From Lama glama (Eukaryota): a DNA stretch of 64,000 nucleotides. Below, piece after piece: positions 25,936 through 39,900 of the stretch. Location: NCBI GenBank assembly GCA_028534125.1, contig CM052816.1, positions 34,040,001 through 34,104,000 of the forward strand. Direction: 5' to 3'. Both the position numbers and the translations under genes were made by a program. Below the pieces are notes generated by a model. It searched no databases. It was not told the DNA's origin and saw only the letters and a program-made list of their open reading frames with translations. The first letter of the stretch is position 1; the number at the start of each line of letters is the position of its first letter.

Positions 25936-28217
25936 AACCTAGCAATTAAAAGGATCATATACCATGATCAAGTGGAATTCATCGCTTGGATACAAGGATG
26001 TTTCAATATACATAAATCAATAAATGTGATATACCACATTAATAGGAGGAAAGATTAAAACCATGTGATCATCTCAGTAGATGCAGAAAAAATATTTGAC
26101 AAAATTCAATTTTTTATATTTTCATGGTAAGAATTCTCAACAAAACAGAAGGAACATATTTCAACATAACAAAGCTAACATTATACTCAATGGTGAAAGT
26201 TTGAAAGCTTTTCCTCTAAGATTAGAAATAAGGCAAAGTTGCCCCTTTTTGCTGCTTGTACTCAACATAGTACTGGAAGTTCTAGTGAGAGCAGTTAGGC
26301 AATAGAAAGAAATTAATGTTTTCCAGTCAGAAAGGAAGTACTTAAATTGTCACTGTTTTGAAAATGACATGATTTTACATATAGGAAATCTAAAATACTC
26401 CAACTATTAAAACTAATACATAAATTGAGTAAAGTTGCAGGATAAAAAATCAACACTCAGAAATCAGTTGCATTTCTAGACACTGACAATGATCTAACTT
26501 AAACAAAGAAAACAATCCCATTTACAATATCATCAAAAACAGTAAAATTCTTAGGAATAAATTTAAGGAGGTGAAGGTTCTGTACACTGGTTAACTGTAA
26601 GGAATTGTTGAAAGAAATTAAGACAGGAACAGATGTAAAGATAATTTTTGCTCATGGATCAGAAGATTTTAATATTGGTAAAATGTCCCTACTACCTAAA
26701 ATGATTTAAAGATTCAGTGTAATCCCTATCAATATTTCAATGACATATTTCACAGAAATAGAAATCCAAGTTGGTATGAAATCACAGAAGACCTCAATTA
26801 GTCAAAACAATCCTGAGAAAGAACAAAGTTGGAGTCATTACACTTCCCAATTTCAAACTATATAACAAAGCTATAGTAATGAAAGTAATCAAAACAGAAT
26901 GGTACTGGCATAAAACAGACATATAAAAAATGGAACAGAATCAAGAGCCCAGAAATAAATTCATGCATATATGGTTAACTAATATTTGACAAGGAAGCCA
27001 AGAATACTCACTGGGGAGAGCATAATGTCTTCAATAATTGGTGCTAGGCAAACTGAAATCTGACCCCTGTCTTACACTACTCACAAAAGTTAACTTGAAA
27101 TGGATTAAACACTTAAATATAAGAACTGAAACCATAAAACTTCTGGAGGAAAACATAGGGAAAAAAGCATCTTGACGTTGGACTTAGCAGTGATTTTTTT
27201 TGGAGTTGAAACCAAAAGCACAGGCTCAAAAGCAAAAATCAGCAACTTGGAGTACAAACTAAAAAGCTTCTGCACAGTAAAAGAAACAGTCCAAACAGGA
27301 AAAGGCCACCTATGGAATGGGAAAAAATATTCCTAAACCACCTATGTGATAAGAAGTTAATATTAAAATATGTAAACAATGAATAGTAAAAACCCAAATA
27401 TTCAAAATATAAAATGGGCAAAGGACCTGAATAGACATTTCCCAAAGAAGACATACAAATGGCCAACAGGTACAAAAAAAAAGTGCTCAGTATCACTAAT
27501 CATCAGGGAAATACAAATCAAAACCACAATGAGATGTTACCTCACACCTGTCATAATGGCTATTATCAAAAGGATAACAAATGACAGTGTTTGCAAGGAT
27601 GTGGAGAAAAGGGAAACTTTGTGCACTGTTGGTGGAAATGTAAATTGGTGAAGCCACCATGGAAAAAGTATGGAGGTTCTGCAAAAATTCAGAGCAGAAC
27701 TACCATAGGGTCCAACAATTCTACTTCTGGGTATAAATCCAAAGGAAATGAAATAAGTATCTCAAAAATATAACTGCATCCCCTTGTTTATTGCAGTATC
27801 ATTTACAATAGCCAAGATATGAAAACAAACTAAGTGTCCATCAAGAAATGAATGGAGAAAGCAATGTGACATACATGCAAGAGAATAGTACTCAACCATA
27901 AAAAGGAATGAAATATTGCTATTTGCAGCAATGTGGATAGAGCTAGAGAATATTATGGTTGGTCAATTAAGTCAGATAGAGAAAGACAAATATTCTATCA
28001 CTTCATTTATATACGGAATCTTAAAAAGCAGGACTCAGAATCAGAGTAGGTTGGTGGCTGCCAGGGGTTGAGGCAAAGGAAAGGGGGACATGTTGGTCAA
28101 AGGGTACAAACTTCTAGTAAAGTTCTGAGTATCTAATGTATAGCATGGTGATTACAGTTAACAATACTGTATTAAATACTTGAACATTGTCAAGAGAGTA
28201 GATCTTAAATGTTTTCA

Positions 28218-28218
<1 letters not shown>

Positions 28219-28260
<42 letters not shown>
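28219..28260. repeat. (CA)21 microsatellite in the L1 3' UTR
   Basis: Read directly. Confidence 0.97.
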
Positions 28261-28263
<3 letters not shown>

Positions 28264-29189
28264 TTGGTAGTTATGTGAAGTGAGGAAGGTATTAATTAGA
28301 CTTACTCTGGTCATCATTTTGTAACATATACCTGTATTAAATTATTATGTTGTACACCTTAAACTTATACAGTTTTATATGCCAGCTGTATCTCAATAAA
28401 GGTGAAATAAAAAGAAGAAATTGCAGTGGAGCTCAGAAAGTCTTTGAGGAAGGAAGTTGGTTAAAGAGTATTCCAGTAGCTGAATAATAAAGCTTTAAAC
28501 TTCCAAAAGGAAAAAAAAAGTATACAATTATTTGGAACAAGTTAAGTTTTGAATCAATGAAAGGTCATATATCCCTGACATTTCTGAGAATCATATATCC
28601 ATCCTGAACCCCCCAAATGAAAATAAAGTATGCTAGAGAAAATGCCAGCCAATAAGTCTGTGGGTGTTCAATTTCTCTCTCTCAAAAGAAAAAAAGAGGG
28701 ATAAAGGGTCAAGTCATTCAATTGCTAAATAAGGACACAGTTCTGTGGTTTGTTTAAATAATATAGTATCTTTCCCTCATTGGGTAATTCCAAAGATTAC
28801 TGTAGTCTTCCTGAGACAAGAGCAGTATTTTCCCACCCCCCGCCCCCCTGGCAACCACTACCTGATGAGCTGATTAGGTCAGATTGTGAGATACAGGATT
28901 AAAGAATGTGGGCATCCATGTGCTCCCGGGAAGTACCTCCTCAAGGGATGCTCACTCCATACTTCATGTCCTCAGAAGAGCTTGAAGACTTGAAAAACCA
29001 TAGCTATGTATAAATAATGGTATTTCTTTGTTTTTTGGGTTTGGGGGGGCACCTACTTATAAATATCTCTGTACATTTATCTTTGCTATATTAAAGAAAC
29101 TGAACATGTCCTAAGTGTGCCTTTTCTTCAATCCACAATCATCCAGTTGGGACAACCATTCAGGAAATTTTCACTTACTCAGACTAAGT

Positions 29190-29420
29190 TAAATGATGCC
29201 AGCTCCCACCTTTGTACTCCATAGAACCCCATCTTACTATTTTACAGCAGTTTTTCCAGTGTACTGTAGATGTTTGTTTACATGTCTCCCTCCTATGTGA
29301 ACTTTCAACTTCTGGACTGCAGTGTCTAAGTTAGAAAACATTTTTCTTCCCTCTCAGTCTTTATAATAACATTCATCTTGCAATAAATGAGCAAATGAAT
29401 GAATGAGTGAATAAATGAGT
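29190..29420 (+). mobile_element. L2 3'-end fragment
   Basis: 'tgtttgtttacatgtctccctcc' and a terminal (tgaa)n-like tail. Confidence 0.6.
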
Positions 29421-29735
29421 TGCCTACTCTTCCCTCAACTATATTCTAGGTTCCATCCTTCTCAGTCTATGTGCTTCTCCCCAAGTGAGTCATTTGTTTT
29501 CTTAATCTCGGTTTTTGCTCCTGCTTTATCATCTGTCGTGCGTTGGATTGTGTCCTTCAAAAGATATGTCAAAGTTCTAGGCCCCCATACTTGTCAATGT
29601 ATTTATATTCAATGTGACCTTATTTGTTAACAATATAGAATCAAAATGCTTAATGATGATAATTTGCAAATCTTTATATTCAAGGAAGAAAGAATATCTA
29701 TACCTAATATTGGATACATTCTTGTGCTCTTTTGA

Positions 29736-29897
<162 letters not shown>

Positions 29898-30856
29898 TAG
29901 TTCTGAGAACAAAACATGAACACATGAGAACTCAGAAGCAGAGCCCTGCCTGGGCATTGCTAAACTCGACTATGCCTCACTGTAATATCTGTACCCCTCA
30001 CTGCACTATCTGTACCCCTCACTGCCTCTGCTGGGTTACAGAAAATGTGGCTTTCTGTCATTTGTAAAGTACAAGCCTTATCCTGTTCCCCTAATCAGTA
30101 CTGATTTCTTATGACAAGAATCTGATATTGAACACTGATTTCTTCTGTAGTGTAGTTTTAATAACAGAACAAAAATCTTTTGGCTCAATTTTCAGTGACC
30201 ATTCTTTACCCTTGAAATATTAGTAAGACTTTAATCATTTTGTTCTTGGTATGAGTTAAACAAGCAGTGGCAATACAAGGCCATTTACTTAACATAATTT
30301 AATCTGTTGAGCTATGTTTACTCAGTGGTTTCTTGCCAAGTCATTATATGACTACTTCTTTTTAGGGGCAGAGTTGGAGTAAGAGAGAAAGTACTTATTT
30401 TCTGTTTTTAATTTGAATGCAATATGGATTCAGTAGCACATAGAATGTGTTTAAATTACTGTTATCTACAGTTCAGTACTATTTGTCGATTGTGTTTATA
30501 TTCTCATGATTATCTTTTCACATTCTTTTTAATTAGTGATAATTTGAGAAAGAATAAGTTATTATTTTATTTATTGACCCCATTAAACAGTTATTTATCA
30601 CACAGTTAATATTTAAGCCAATACAGTGATAGTGACAAGAATTGGGGTTTGGAGATTGAATGATACCCTGGAATCCCAAAATGAGAGCTATAGTATTGTT
30701 ACTTTATTCATTAATAAAGTTTGCTAAACCAGTATATCATATGTACAGGGCATTATCATAACTTCTAAATGGTTCATAACTGCAGCATCTATTTTACTAT
30801 TCACTTCAACTAAACTATCTAGAATAGATTACAGAATATAGCGGGTGACCAATGTG

Positions 30857-30860
<4 letters not shown>

Positions 30861-30892
<32 letters not shown>
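30861..30892. repeat. (CA)16 microsatellite in the last TMEM232 intron
   Basis: Read directly. Confidence 0.97.
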
Positions 30893-30893
<1 letters not shown>

Positions 30894-31329
30894 CGTAGTT
30901 TTAATAACAGAACAACAATCTTTTTGACTTGCCACTTTTTACCCTTTTACCCTTGAAAGATTAGAAAGACTTTAATTACTTTGTAAAAACATCAGCCTAA
31001 AGAGGCAGAGGACCTTATTTTGAATGATAGAGAGGAGGTCAGGAAATGGCTCCTAAAAACCATCATCTTTTCCTCTTTCCAAGGGTCCAAGCAGTATCTA
31101 AGTAACACTGCCATCGATCTGCTTGTAGTGTAGCTAGAGACAGTTAAAGGAATCCTTTCTGAAAATATGTTTGAGAATGTATAGGATCCAAATCGCGTGA
31201 TCAAATAGTTAGCAGTTTGGTAGTACTGATTGGGGAAGGTTTATGGAAGTTTCTCTGAATGTCAAATTTTAAAAAGTATTAATGTATATACCATTTCCTT
31301 TGAGGTAGCTATAGTGCTTTTTACTTACA

Positions 31330-31510
31330 TCTCACACTTTACAAAATGCTCTTACACTGGTTAATTTAATCTCACAACAATGCTGTAAAACATTAACCAG
31401 TAAGAAGAATGTAGGTTTACAATTTAGTTACTTGTCCAAGGCTTTAAAGTTAGTAAACGACTGAGTGTCAACACAGAACTAAATCTCTGGATTTCAAAAA
31501 CACTTTTCCT
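31330..31510 (-). mobile_element. MIR SINE
   Basis: 'tttaatctcacaacaa...ttacttgtccaagg...gttagtaaac'. Confidence 0.6.
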
Positions 31511-32830
31511 GTCAATTCTCCATAGTTGCTCAATTTCTTAGTTTATAATCCCTAACCTGAATGGAGGGGGGAAGGTGGAACCTGTAGAATTAACAAAAAA
31601 CAAATACACACAGCTACAGTTTGAACTGTCCTGCTATTTCAGTTGAATTTTATCATGGCCATGATATGGGAAGAATAGGGCAGATACCTCACTGTTCAGC
31701 AGATATTAAGTACCTCCTACACTGCTGGTATTCCATCACACAATGACGAGTCCCTGAGTGAATGGGCTGAACAGAGCAGTATGGTGCTTCTGTTTCCCAT
31801 CAACTTTAAGCATGTCTGCATCCTCCTAGCTGCCACAGTTGATGATAATAATTGGAAATAAAAGTAAGTTCAAGACAGTGCTCTATCCAAATTGAATTTG
31901 TCATAGTCAATAGAGACAAAAATGAGAAAGAAAAGCTTACATTCTTCTGGGGCTAAGAAAAAGAGGGATCATAACATTATGGTGGATCTCAGCCACGCCA
32001 AGTTCTAACAAGGGAGGAGACGAGGAAGAACTGCCTCCTGGTCATTCACAGTCTGATGCCCCATTACTGCTCTAATGCTTGGTGTTGAGGAAACCAAAGA
32101 ATTCTACTTCACTGAGAGTTCTTAAGAATTAATACTCTGTTGACTTTTGACAGTGTAAAGATCAATATCATGAGGTACACGGAGATTGCTTACAAAAGGA
32201 AGGTTAGTGTCTTTGTTTATAGACACTGTTATTATTACACCAACTACTACTTTAATGCTATAAGATTAGTAATTTCGTCAAACAATTGACATTATTATTT
32301 AGTTTATTATATTAGAAAAAATTGTATGTCACAGGTGAGTATCAAAACTTGAAGACTAAGCGAAGGCATGAATTTTAGCCTATGCTGGAATGTTCTTGAT
32401 GTTTCACCTCCATTTTCTGGAGTTTTCATGTCAGAATCGCTTCTAAGAAGTGAAACTTATATGAGTAATTGTGTGTAGAAATGGTCTCAGGGTAAGTGCA
32501 GGTAACTTGTATTTCTTATGTCTTTAAAATTTAACTGGAAATTTTAAAGTGAAGATGATTTTATTATGTTTTTGTTTGATATTTAATCCCGTTTTGGATT
32601 GTTGGTTTATTATTATTAAAAATTCTAAGAAGGAACTCTGTTTTTTTGTGGGTCTTGTACCCTTTCTAATAGATGGCTTATATACTTTTCCAGTATGGTA
32701 GATAAATTCCTCAGGCATATCTGTGCAAAAAACTAAGAGAATGATTGGATATAAGGATCTGCATTTTGAAGAGCTAAACTGATAGTTTTTTCAGGGAAAA
32801 CCGTATGTAAATGACGCTTTCTCTCTGTAA

Positions 32831-33040
<210 letters not shown>

Positions 33041-33455
33041 ATCCATATGCCAGAAATTCACTGCACGGAAGAGACCAAGATAGCTTCAGGTTAGGAGAAA
33101 ATTCTTAATTAACTGGAAGCCATTTCTTACAGAGGAGTTTATCCTGGTGCAGTTTCTTTAACAGTCAGATCTCAGTCCTAAATTAACAGCACTTAACATT
33201 TGCGTGAAGTATTTTACTAGTTAAACATTTTCCAATAACATGGCTAGAGCTTTTCCTAATTGACTCTTAACTTGTGATCATAGACATACTTAATGATTCT
33301 CAGAGCATTGACAGTCACTGGACAGTTAGATGGAAATTAATTGCAAATTATTAATGAGTCACAAATAAGAATCATTTCTTGAAAGTGGAATGAGCATCAA
33401 TGGATACTCCTATGATAGCTATTATACAAATAAAGGAAGTAAGGCACTTGCTTGG
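33041..33455 (+). other. TMEM232: TMEM232 3' UTR (approximate end)
   Basis: Non-repeat sequence between the stop codon and the first canonical AATAAA. Confidence 0.6.
33429..33434 (+). terminator. Polyadenylation signal AATAAA, probable for TMEM232
   Basis: First AATAAA I see after the stop codon, followed about 15-30 nt later by a T/G-rich tract (cttgcttggatttgtatttcg). Confidence 0.6.
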
Positions 33456-33858
33456 ATTTGTATTTCGTAGCCAATCTGTGCCAAATCAAACCACGTGTCA
33501 GAAGGTTGAATTCGATTAATTCTGTATATAAATGAATCTGAACAAGCCAGTCATCTCAGAATGAGTTAATCTTTAACAGATACCAAAGAAGCCTTCTGGG
33601 TGACAGTGATTTCACTTTGCCAGTTGAGTTTATGAGAATGGATTTGCCTGTTCCTGGCAGGTATAACCAGCACTTACTGGACGGGTTCATCCAGGCAGGA
33701 GTCACTTTTAAAAAGGCACTTCTTCTGACACTCTCAACCCATGGGTTACAGTATCGGGGTGGGGTTCTTACAATGCCTTACACTCTTTCTGAAAAAGATA
33801 ACCACACCTCAATTTTGCACAGGTGACTTGGTGACGCTCAGGAGACAGGTACTCAATC

Positions 33859-34125
33859 AGGGTGTCAAACTCAAATGACTACCAGGTCTGGAAGGTAACA
33901 TAAATTAGTGACGGGGCTATACAGTACTTACTCCACCTAAGAAACTGGCATCACTCAGCTCCTCTCTGCAATGTATGTCCAGTATTGTAGGGTCATCAGT
34001 CTTTCAAAAAGACCTCAATCTTTTTTTTTTTAAGTTGCTAAATTTCAAAATGTTGGCAACTGATTTTTTTTAAAATCACATAGTTTTGGGTTAAATTTGA
34101 CACCTGGGCCACATGTTTTTGACCT
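33859..34125. mobile_element. MER103-like hAT-Charlie DNA transposon remnant
   Basis: 'cagggtgtcaaactcaaatgactaccagg...aatgttggcaact...gggccacatgtttttgacct'. Confidence 0.6.
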
Positions 34126-35174
34126 AGATTATGTGAATTTACAGTACCATTCTTTAAGATTACAATAACGTATGGTAGAAAAATGGGAGGAGAGAAGGGT
34201 GTTTCTCTTTTGATTCCCCATAGAGCTGATTCATCTTTATGCCAGCCCTCCCAAACCTTTTGACTCATCCTTGTCTCCTCGTACAAAGAATATGTAAGTT
34301 CCCAGAAATAGTATTTCCCAGTGTAGCTTGCCAAATACCTTCATCTATCTTTGCTTCCCTCACTTGTGAAGAGAAATCTCTCCCCTAGAATGCCAGCTAA
34401 TCCCTTTTCTCTGAATCTGATTCCATCCAAAATCTTCCTCCATCAACTATTTACTGTCCCTCCTGAAGTCCCTCACTTCTACCCACTGCAGTCTCAATTT
34501 TCCACCATCCTTCCATCTGTGCTATTCTCAGCCTTACCAAACCCTGACTGCCTTTTAAAGTCATCATCTTTCTTCTGGGTTGTAGAGAGATGGAACCACT
34601 GGGCTGTAAGTGGTGGGGAAGGAACTCTGGAGATCTAATTGCTACTTGTAAGAATTTTAACAAATCCTACTGTTTCAGAACCACCCTTTAGAAACTCACA
34701 TTCTTCCAATTTCAGAACTATTCTGGTATCATGAGGCAAGGACTGGTCTGTCTTAAGGCTTCCCCACTGCAGACTTAGCTTCTAAAATTTCTTTCCTGTT
34801 CTGCTTTTTTTTCCTGTTCCCACTTGTTCACCTAATTTCTAACTTCCACAATTTTCTTAGTATTTCCAGTGTGCTATTATCTGTTCTCCTTATGGATTAA
34901 TACCTTTTTTAAAAAATAATACTTTATGTGTCATAGTAGTGGAGATTTGGAAAGGAGCCAAAAAAGAATATACATATACCCTTGCATAAATATATGAAGA
35001 ATATGTAAATTTAAGAATATGCATATGAATAAAGGTATAAGGATTCTGACTAATCAAGTAGATAGATAGATTTATTTTCAAACTGTTCTCTAAATTTTTT
35101 TATTCTTAAGTTATCCTTTAAAATTCTTAAAATTTGTCAGCACACTTCTATCATGGTTTTCCTCCTATGTCCTG

Positions 35175-35865
35175 GAGCATCAGCACAGACTGGGGCTTGT
35201 AGCTCTGGGTTCATATTCTGGCTGTGCCTCCTGGCAACTGTGAAACAGCTAGCATGTTACTGAATCTATCTGAGCTTCAGTTACTCGTTTATAAAAAATA
35301 AATATGTAATTTACAGTGTACGTAGAGCGGTATCAGAAGCTAATCAGAAAAACAGAAATACGTCATTTTAACAGAGAATTTAGTATAAGGACTTGTTTTT
35401 ACAGGTGTTAGAGAACTAAGAAAATGAAAAGGGAGCATAGAAATAATAAAGAAACAGGAAACTGCTACCACCTCTAGGGCCAGAGGATCAGAGAGAGGGG
35501 GTTGGATTGTCAGAACCTGGAAGCGAGGAGGAGGCACCCCGCAGTGGGACTCACACCTCTGAGGGGTGGCACTGCCCAGCTCCTGCTGATACCTCTGATG
35601 CAGCACAATAAAGTGGAAGCACAGGGCAAAAAGGACACTGGAACAAATTGCTGCTGAAACCAGGCTACCAGGAGGAGCAAGACAACAGGAAGAGTCAAGC
35701 TCTTCCTTGACCATCCTGGAAGTCTCCCTGGAGTGCGCCTGTCCCCAGCTCACAGGGCAGAGAGCCGAGGGGTGAGTTTGGAGCTGAAGCCCACTCGTTA
35801 AATAACTGGAAAGGTGTGCAGCTCAATGCCTAAGACATATTAGATCTAGCAATAAAAGTTATTCC
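35175..35865 (+). mobile_element. MIR split by an old ERV-type LTR (about 35317-35810, minus strand, LTR78/79-like)
   Basis: The MIR core 'ctgaatctatctgagcttcagttactcgtttataaaa' precedes the insert and the MIR tail 'aatgcctaagacatatt...caataaaagttatt' follows it. The insert has 'atttaacagagaatttagtataagg' and 'aactgctaccacctctagggc'. Confidence 0.55.
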
Positions 35866-36973
35866 TCACTTCTTCTCATCTGCATTTTAGGCCCTCCTTT
35901 CTGCTTTTTCTGCATGCATTCCCTTTTACATTTAATGTCAGTGGCTTAGAAAGACACGTTTACTACAGTTTATCTTTATAATTAACCCTTAATTCTTTCA
36001 GTAAGTACTCAATTTAACACAAACTCAACTGGTACTCTTTGTAATTTACTCTCAATATTAATTTCACCCCAACATTCACAAAGGGTTCTATGAGTCTCAG
36101 GTTGGGTTGGGCACCAGGTGGATTCTTTTCATCTCCTCTCATGTTGTTCAGCCTTAGTCATTTATTTTCTTAGTCGTCCTACTTTAAGTGAAAGAGAAGA
36201 AGGAAAGTGAGAGAGGTACTCCACGTCTATTTATCCTTTCCAGCTCTTGCAGCTCTTAATTCATCTTTAACTGAGTCTACTATTTGGAACTGTTAGCCTA
36301 TCTCAGGTCAGAATTTCTTTCTATCTAAACCTCGTTTCTATGCTACTCTGTGCTCTTTGCTTACTTTTATTTTAAAAGAACAAATCTAGGTCTTCCTGTA
36401 TCCATTTATTATAAATTCTCAAAAGGATTTCCCCTAGCAACCACCAAAGCAAATTCTTTACCACACAAACTAACTCACAGCCCTTTTACCTTATTGCGAA
36501 TGAAATATTTGTAAGAATTTTAGCTAGTTTCACTCGGGTATTAGAAATTAAAAGCCATATATTAGGGGAGGAAAGAGAAAAGAAAAATAGTAAACTCTAA
36601 GTAACAGAAACATAAAAATAAGCACTTCTTTTAGTGTAATTTTAAAAAGTAAAGTCAAAAGATTCACAAAGCGTTCTGGGGCATGACGAAAAAACAGTTT
36701 AAGAAAATACCCAAAACAAATATTCTTATTTTGACATTAGTAAGAAGGCATTTTGGGGAAAGGGGTATGCAGAGGTAATAGACAATTTAAAAAGTAACTC
36801 AGGACAATTTCAGAAACTCTGTAGCAATGGCCAGCAATTACAATTCAAGTAGTTGATACTTCTGCTCTTACTGGAAAAAATCCTCTGGGACATAAGATTT
36901 TAACTGTCTACTAGTTCATTTTAAGTGATCTTTCTAATTTTAAAAAAGTTTATCAATTCAAAAAATCCAAAGA

Positions 36974-39900
36974 GGACAAGGATGACAGTGGTAGAGTAGG
37001 AGAACACAGAGCTCACCCCACTGCCACAAACACATCAAAGACACATCTACGTGTGGGCCAGTTCTCAAGAACACCAGCTGGAGACTGACAGAAGATCTCC
37101 TGACAACCAAAGCTGCAAGAACGACCTCTACGTCACTCAGTAGGACAGAAAAAAATAAAACAAAAAGGGATCAGGCAAGACTGGCACCCCTGGGAGGGAT
37201 GTGTAAGGGAGAGAAGGTCCACATGGGCAGACCCCTGCGCTGGGGAGCACCCTTGCCCCCTGGAAAATCCGCCGGGACAGATGGAGGGGATAGAGAAGTC
37301 TAGACTCTATTCTCAAGGAGTGCATGTGTGCTGGTTGCTAACAATCAAGGCCAGGAGAGACCTATGCCTCACCGCACTTCCCAATTCAGAGGGGCAAACA
37401 CCTAGCCCCTCTTGCTCTACACCACAGCCTGGCACAAGATCAGGGCAGAGAATCAGTCTAGCTGTGTAGAGACAGACTGAGGTGCCTGCGGTGTGATCCT
37501 GGCCAAACTGCAGAGTCAGCACACGCACGGGGGTGCCTGATCTAACCAACCGACATTGGGAGCATGCACACGGTAGTGCCACAAGGGCACACAGTGGCTG
37601 AGTGCTGAATCCCAGGCAGACAGTCCCAGGGAGAAGACTCAGTCTAGCTGTGTGGAGACAGACCAGAGAGCCTGGGTTGTGGGTGGGTGGGGGAGAGTGC
37701 AGAGCCCACTGTCAGTGCACACATAGCGGGGGGAGAGGGTGGCCATGGCAGAAACTGTCGATGCATGCACCAAGTGGCACCACAGAAACAGAGCAGCCGG
37801 GTACTGAGTCTTGGGTGGACAGGCCTTGGGCAGGACCATGCAGCTGTTCATTTCCCAGCAGGAACACTCCAGCTCTGACCACTTCACACTTCAGCGTGGA
37901 GCCAAATCTGGGGTGGACAAATCCTGGGAGAGATCTGCCACAGAGGAAGCCCAGGTCCCAGACAGTAGCACAGCCACTGCGATTTCTGCAGGCACAGCAC
38001 CCCAGCCCAGCCTGCTCCTCACTAGACCCTAACACTGGGACTGGGACGAACTCAGTGGAGAGAGGGACTCAGCCTTGGGCTGCTTTTGTGCAGAACTGCA
38101 GACACCTGCACAGGTGGCACAGAGGTTCACTATGACCACAAAGGCCTCACTTGCATCAGTGGTCACCTCCTTTGGGGTAGGGCAGGCTCTCAAGGGCAAT
38201 GGAGCCTGACTGAACCCGATCCTCAGGGCTTTTACTTCAACAACTGGGGAGCAGACCCCACCCCTGACAGGACAGTGACAGCCACAGAGCAGAGGAGGCT
38301 CCACCCACTTCTGGTGTTGGCTCTGGACACTGCAGCACCAATCACATGCCCATCCAGTGGGTAACGGCTGGCAAACTCTGAGGAAAGACAAGGCTGGCAT
38401 CCATACCAAAGCCAGCCTTCGCACCAGAAATACTAGACTCACACCGTCTACACAGGGACACTTCACAAAAAACACTCCTTCAAGACCACAGTAGATAAAT
38501 TTTTCTCCTACATTAATAAAGAGAAACTGAAGAAAAATGAAAAAGCAGAGAAACTACTATTGAAAAGAACAAGAAATCCCCTGAAAGAACAAATAATGAA
38601 ACAGACCTCACCAGTTTACTAGATTCCGAGTTCAAAAAGGAGGTAATAAAAATGCTAAAGGAATTAAGATTATCAATAGAAATGCAGTTCACTGTAACAA
38701 GGTACTAGAAACTATAAAAAGGAACCAATCAAATTTAGAAAACTCAATTGCTGAGATTAAAAACCTGTCTAGAAGCAATGAACAGCACAATAAATGACAC
38801 AGAAGAACGAATAAGTGATCTGGAAGAAAGAATAATGGAAATCACCTAATCAGAACAATAGACAGAAAGAAAAATGGGAAAAAAAGAACCATACATAATG
38901 GAGAAAAGACAGTCTCTTTGGCAAATAGTGTTGGGAAAGCTGGACAGCTGCAGGTAAATGAGTGAAATTAGAACACTCCCTCACACCTTATACAAAAATA
39001 AAATGGTTTGAAGTCCTAAATATAAGACATGACAAACTCCTAGCAGGGAACATAAGCAAAACATTCTCTGACAGAAACCATAGCAATATATTCTTAGATC
39101 AGTCTCCCAAGGTAAAAGAAATAAAAGCAAAAATAAACAAATGGAACATAATCAAACTTAAAAGCTTTTGCACAGCAAAGGAAACCATCAACAAAAAGAC
39201 AACCTATGGAACGGGAGAAAATATTTGCTAACGATGCAACCAACAAGGGGCTGACATCCAAAATATACAAACAGCTCATGTAACTCAATATCCAAAAAAC
39301 AAACAGCCCAATCAAAAATGGGGCAGAAGACTCAAATAGACATTTCTCCAAAGAAGACATACAGATGGCCAGTAGGCATATGAAAAGATGCTTAACATTT
39401 CTAATTATTAGAGAAATGCAAATCAAAACCACAATGAGGTACCACCTCACACTGGTCAGAAAGGTTACCATCAAAAAATCTACAAATAATGAATGCTGGA
39501 AAAGGTGTGGAGAAAAGGATACCCTCCCACACTGTTGGTGAGAATGTAAAATGGTGCATCCACTATGGAAAACAGTATGGAGGTTGCTTAAAAAACTAAA
39601 AATAGAGCTACCATATGATCCAGCGATCCCACTCCTAGGTATATATCCATAAAAGATAAAAACTCTAATTCTAAAAGACACATGCTCCCCAGTGTTTGTG
39701 GCAGCACTATTTACATGGAAACAACCCAAATGCCCATCAATGATGACTGGCTTTAAGAAGTGATATACAATTATATATACAATGGAATATTACTCAGGCA
39801 TAAAAAGATGAAATATTGTCATTTCCAGCACCATGGATAGGCCTAGATAATATCATACTTAGTAAAGTCAGAGAAAGACATTATATGATATCACTGATAT

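Larger units (their letters stand above)
18510..28415 (+). mobile_element. Old L1 (L1MA-type 3' end), ORF2 to 3' UTR, interrupted by nested inserts at about 20140-20450 and 20675-25935
   Basis: EN-domain peptide MTKGSVYQKDITIVHIHAPNIGALKYIQQLLTDLKG (19044-). The RT region resumes at 25945 exactly where it stopped (caaattcaac | attaaaaggatcatataccatgatcaagtgg). Ends in an L1MA-like 3' UTR with AATAAA. Many stops and frameshifts. Confidence 0.9.

Noticed and set aside
29975..30025. 21-bp tandem repeat (cctcactg..tatctgtacc), with similar micro-duplications at about 526-553, 18571-18595 and 42197-42221
   Set aside because: Ordinary slippage duplications. There is no spacer architecture, so this is not CRISPR-like.
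30083..31240. Short inverted match cccc(t)aatcagtact / agtactgattgggg
   Set aside because: Only about 14 bp with an indel over 1.1 kb, compatible with chance.
37602..38475. Cluster of 80-177 aa ORFs
   Set aside because: They lie in a GC-rich L1 5' UTR and show no recognisable protein similarity.
39094..39729. 211-aa minus-strand ORF
   Set aside because: Antisense reading of the L1 ORF2 C-terminal region, a common spurious ORF.
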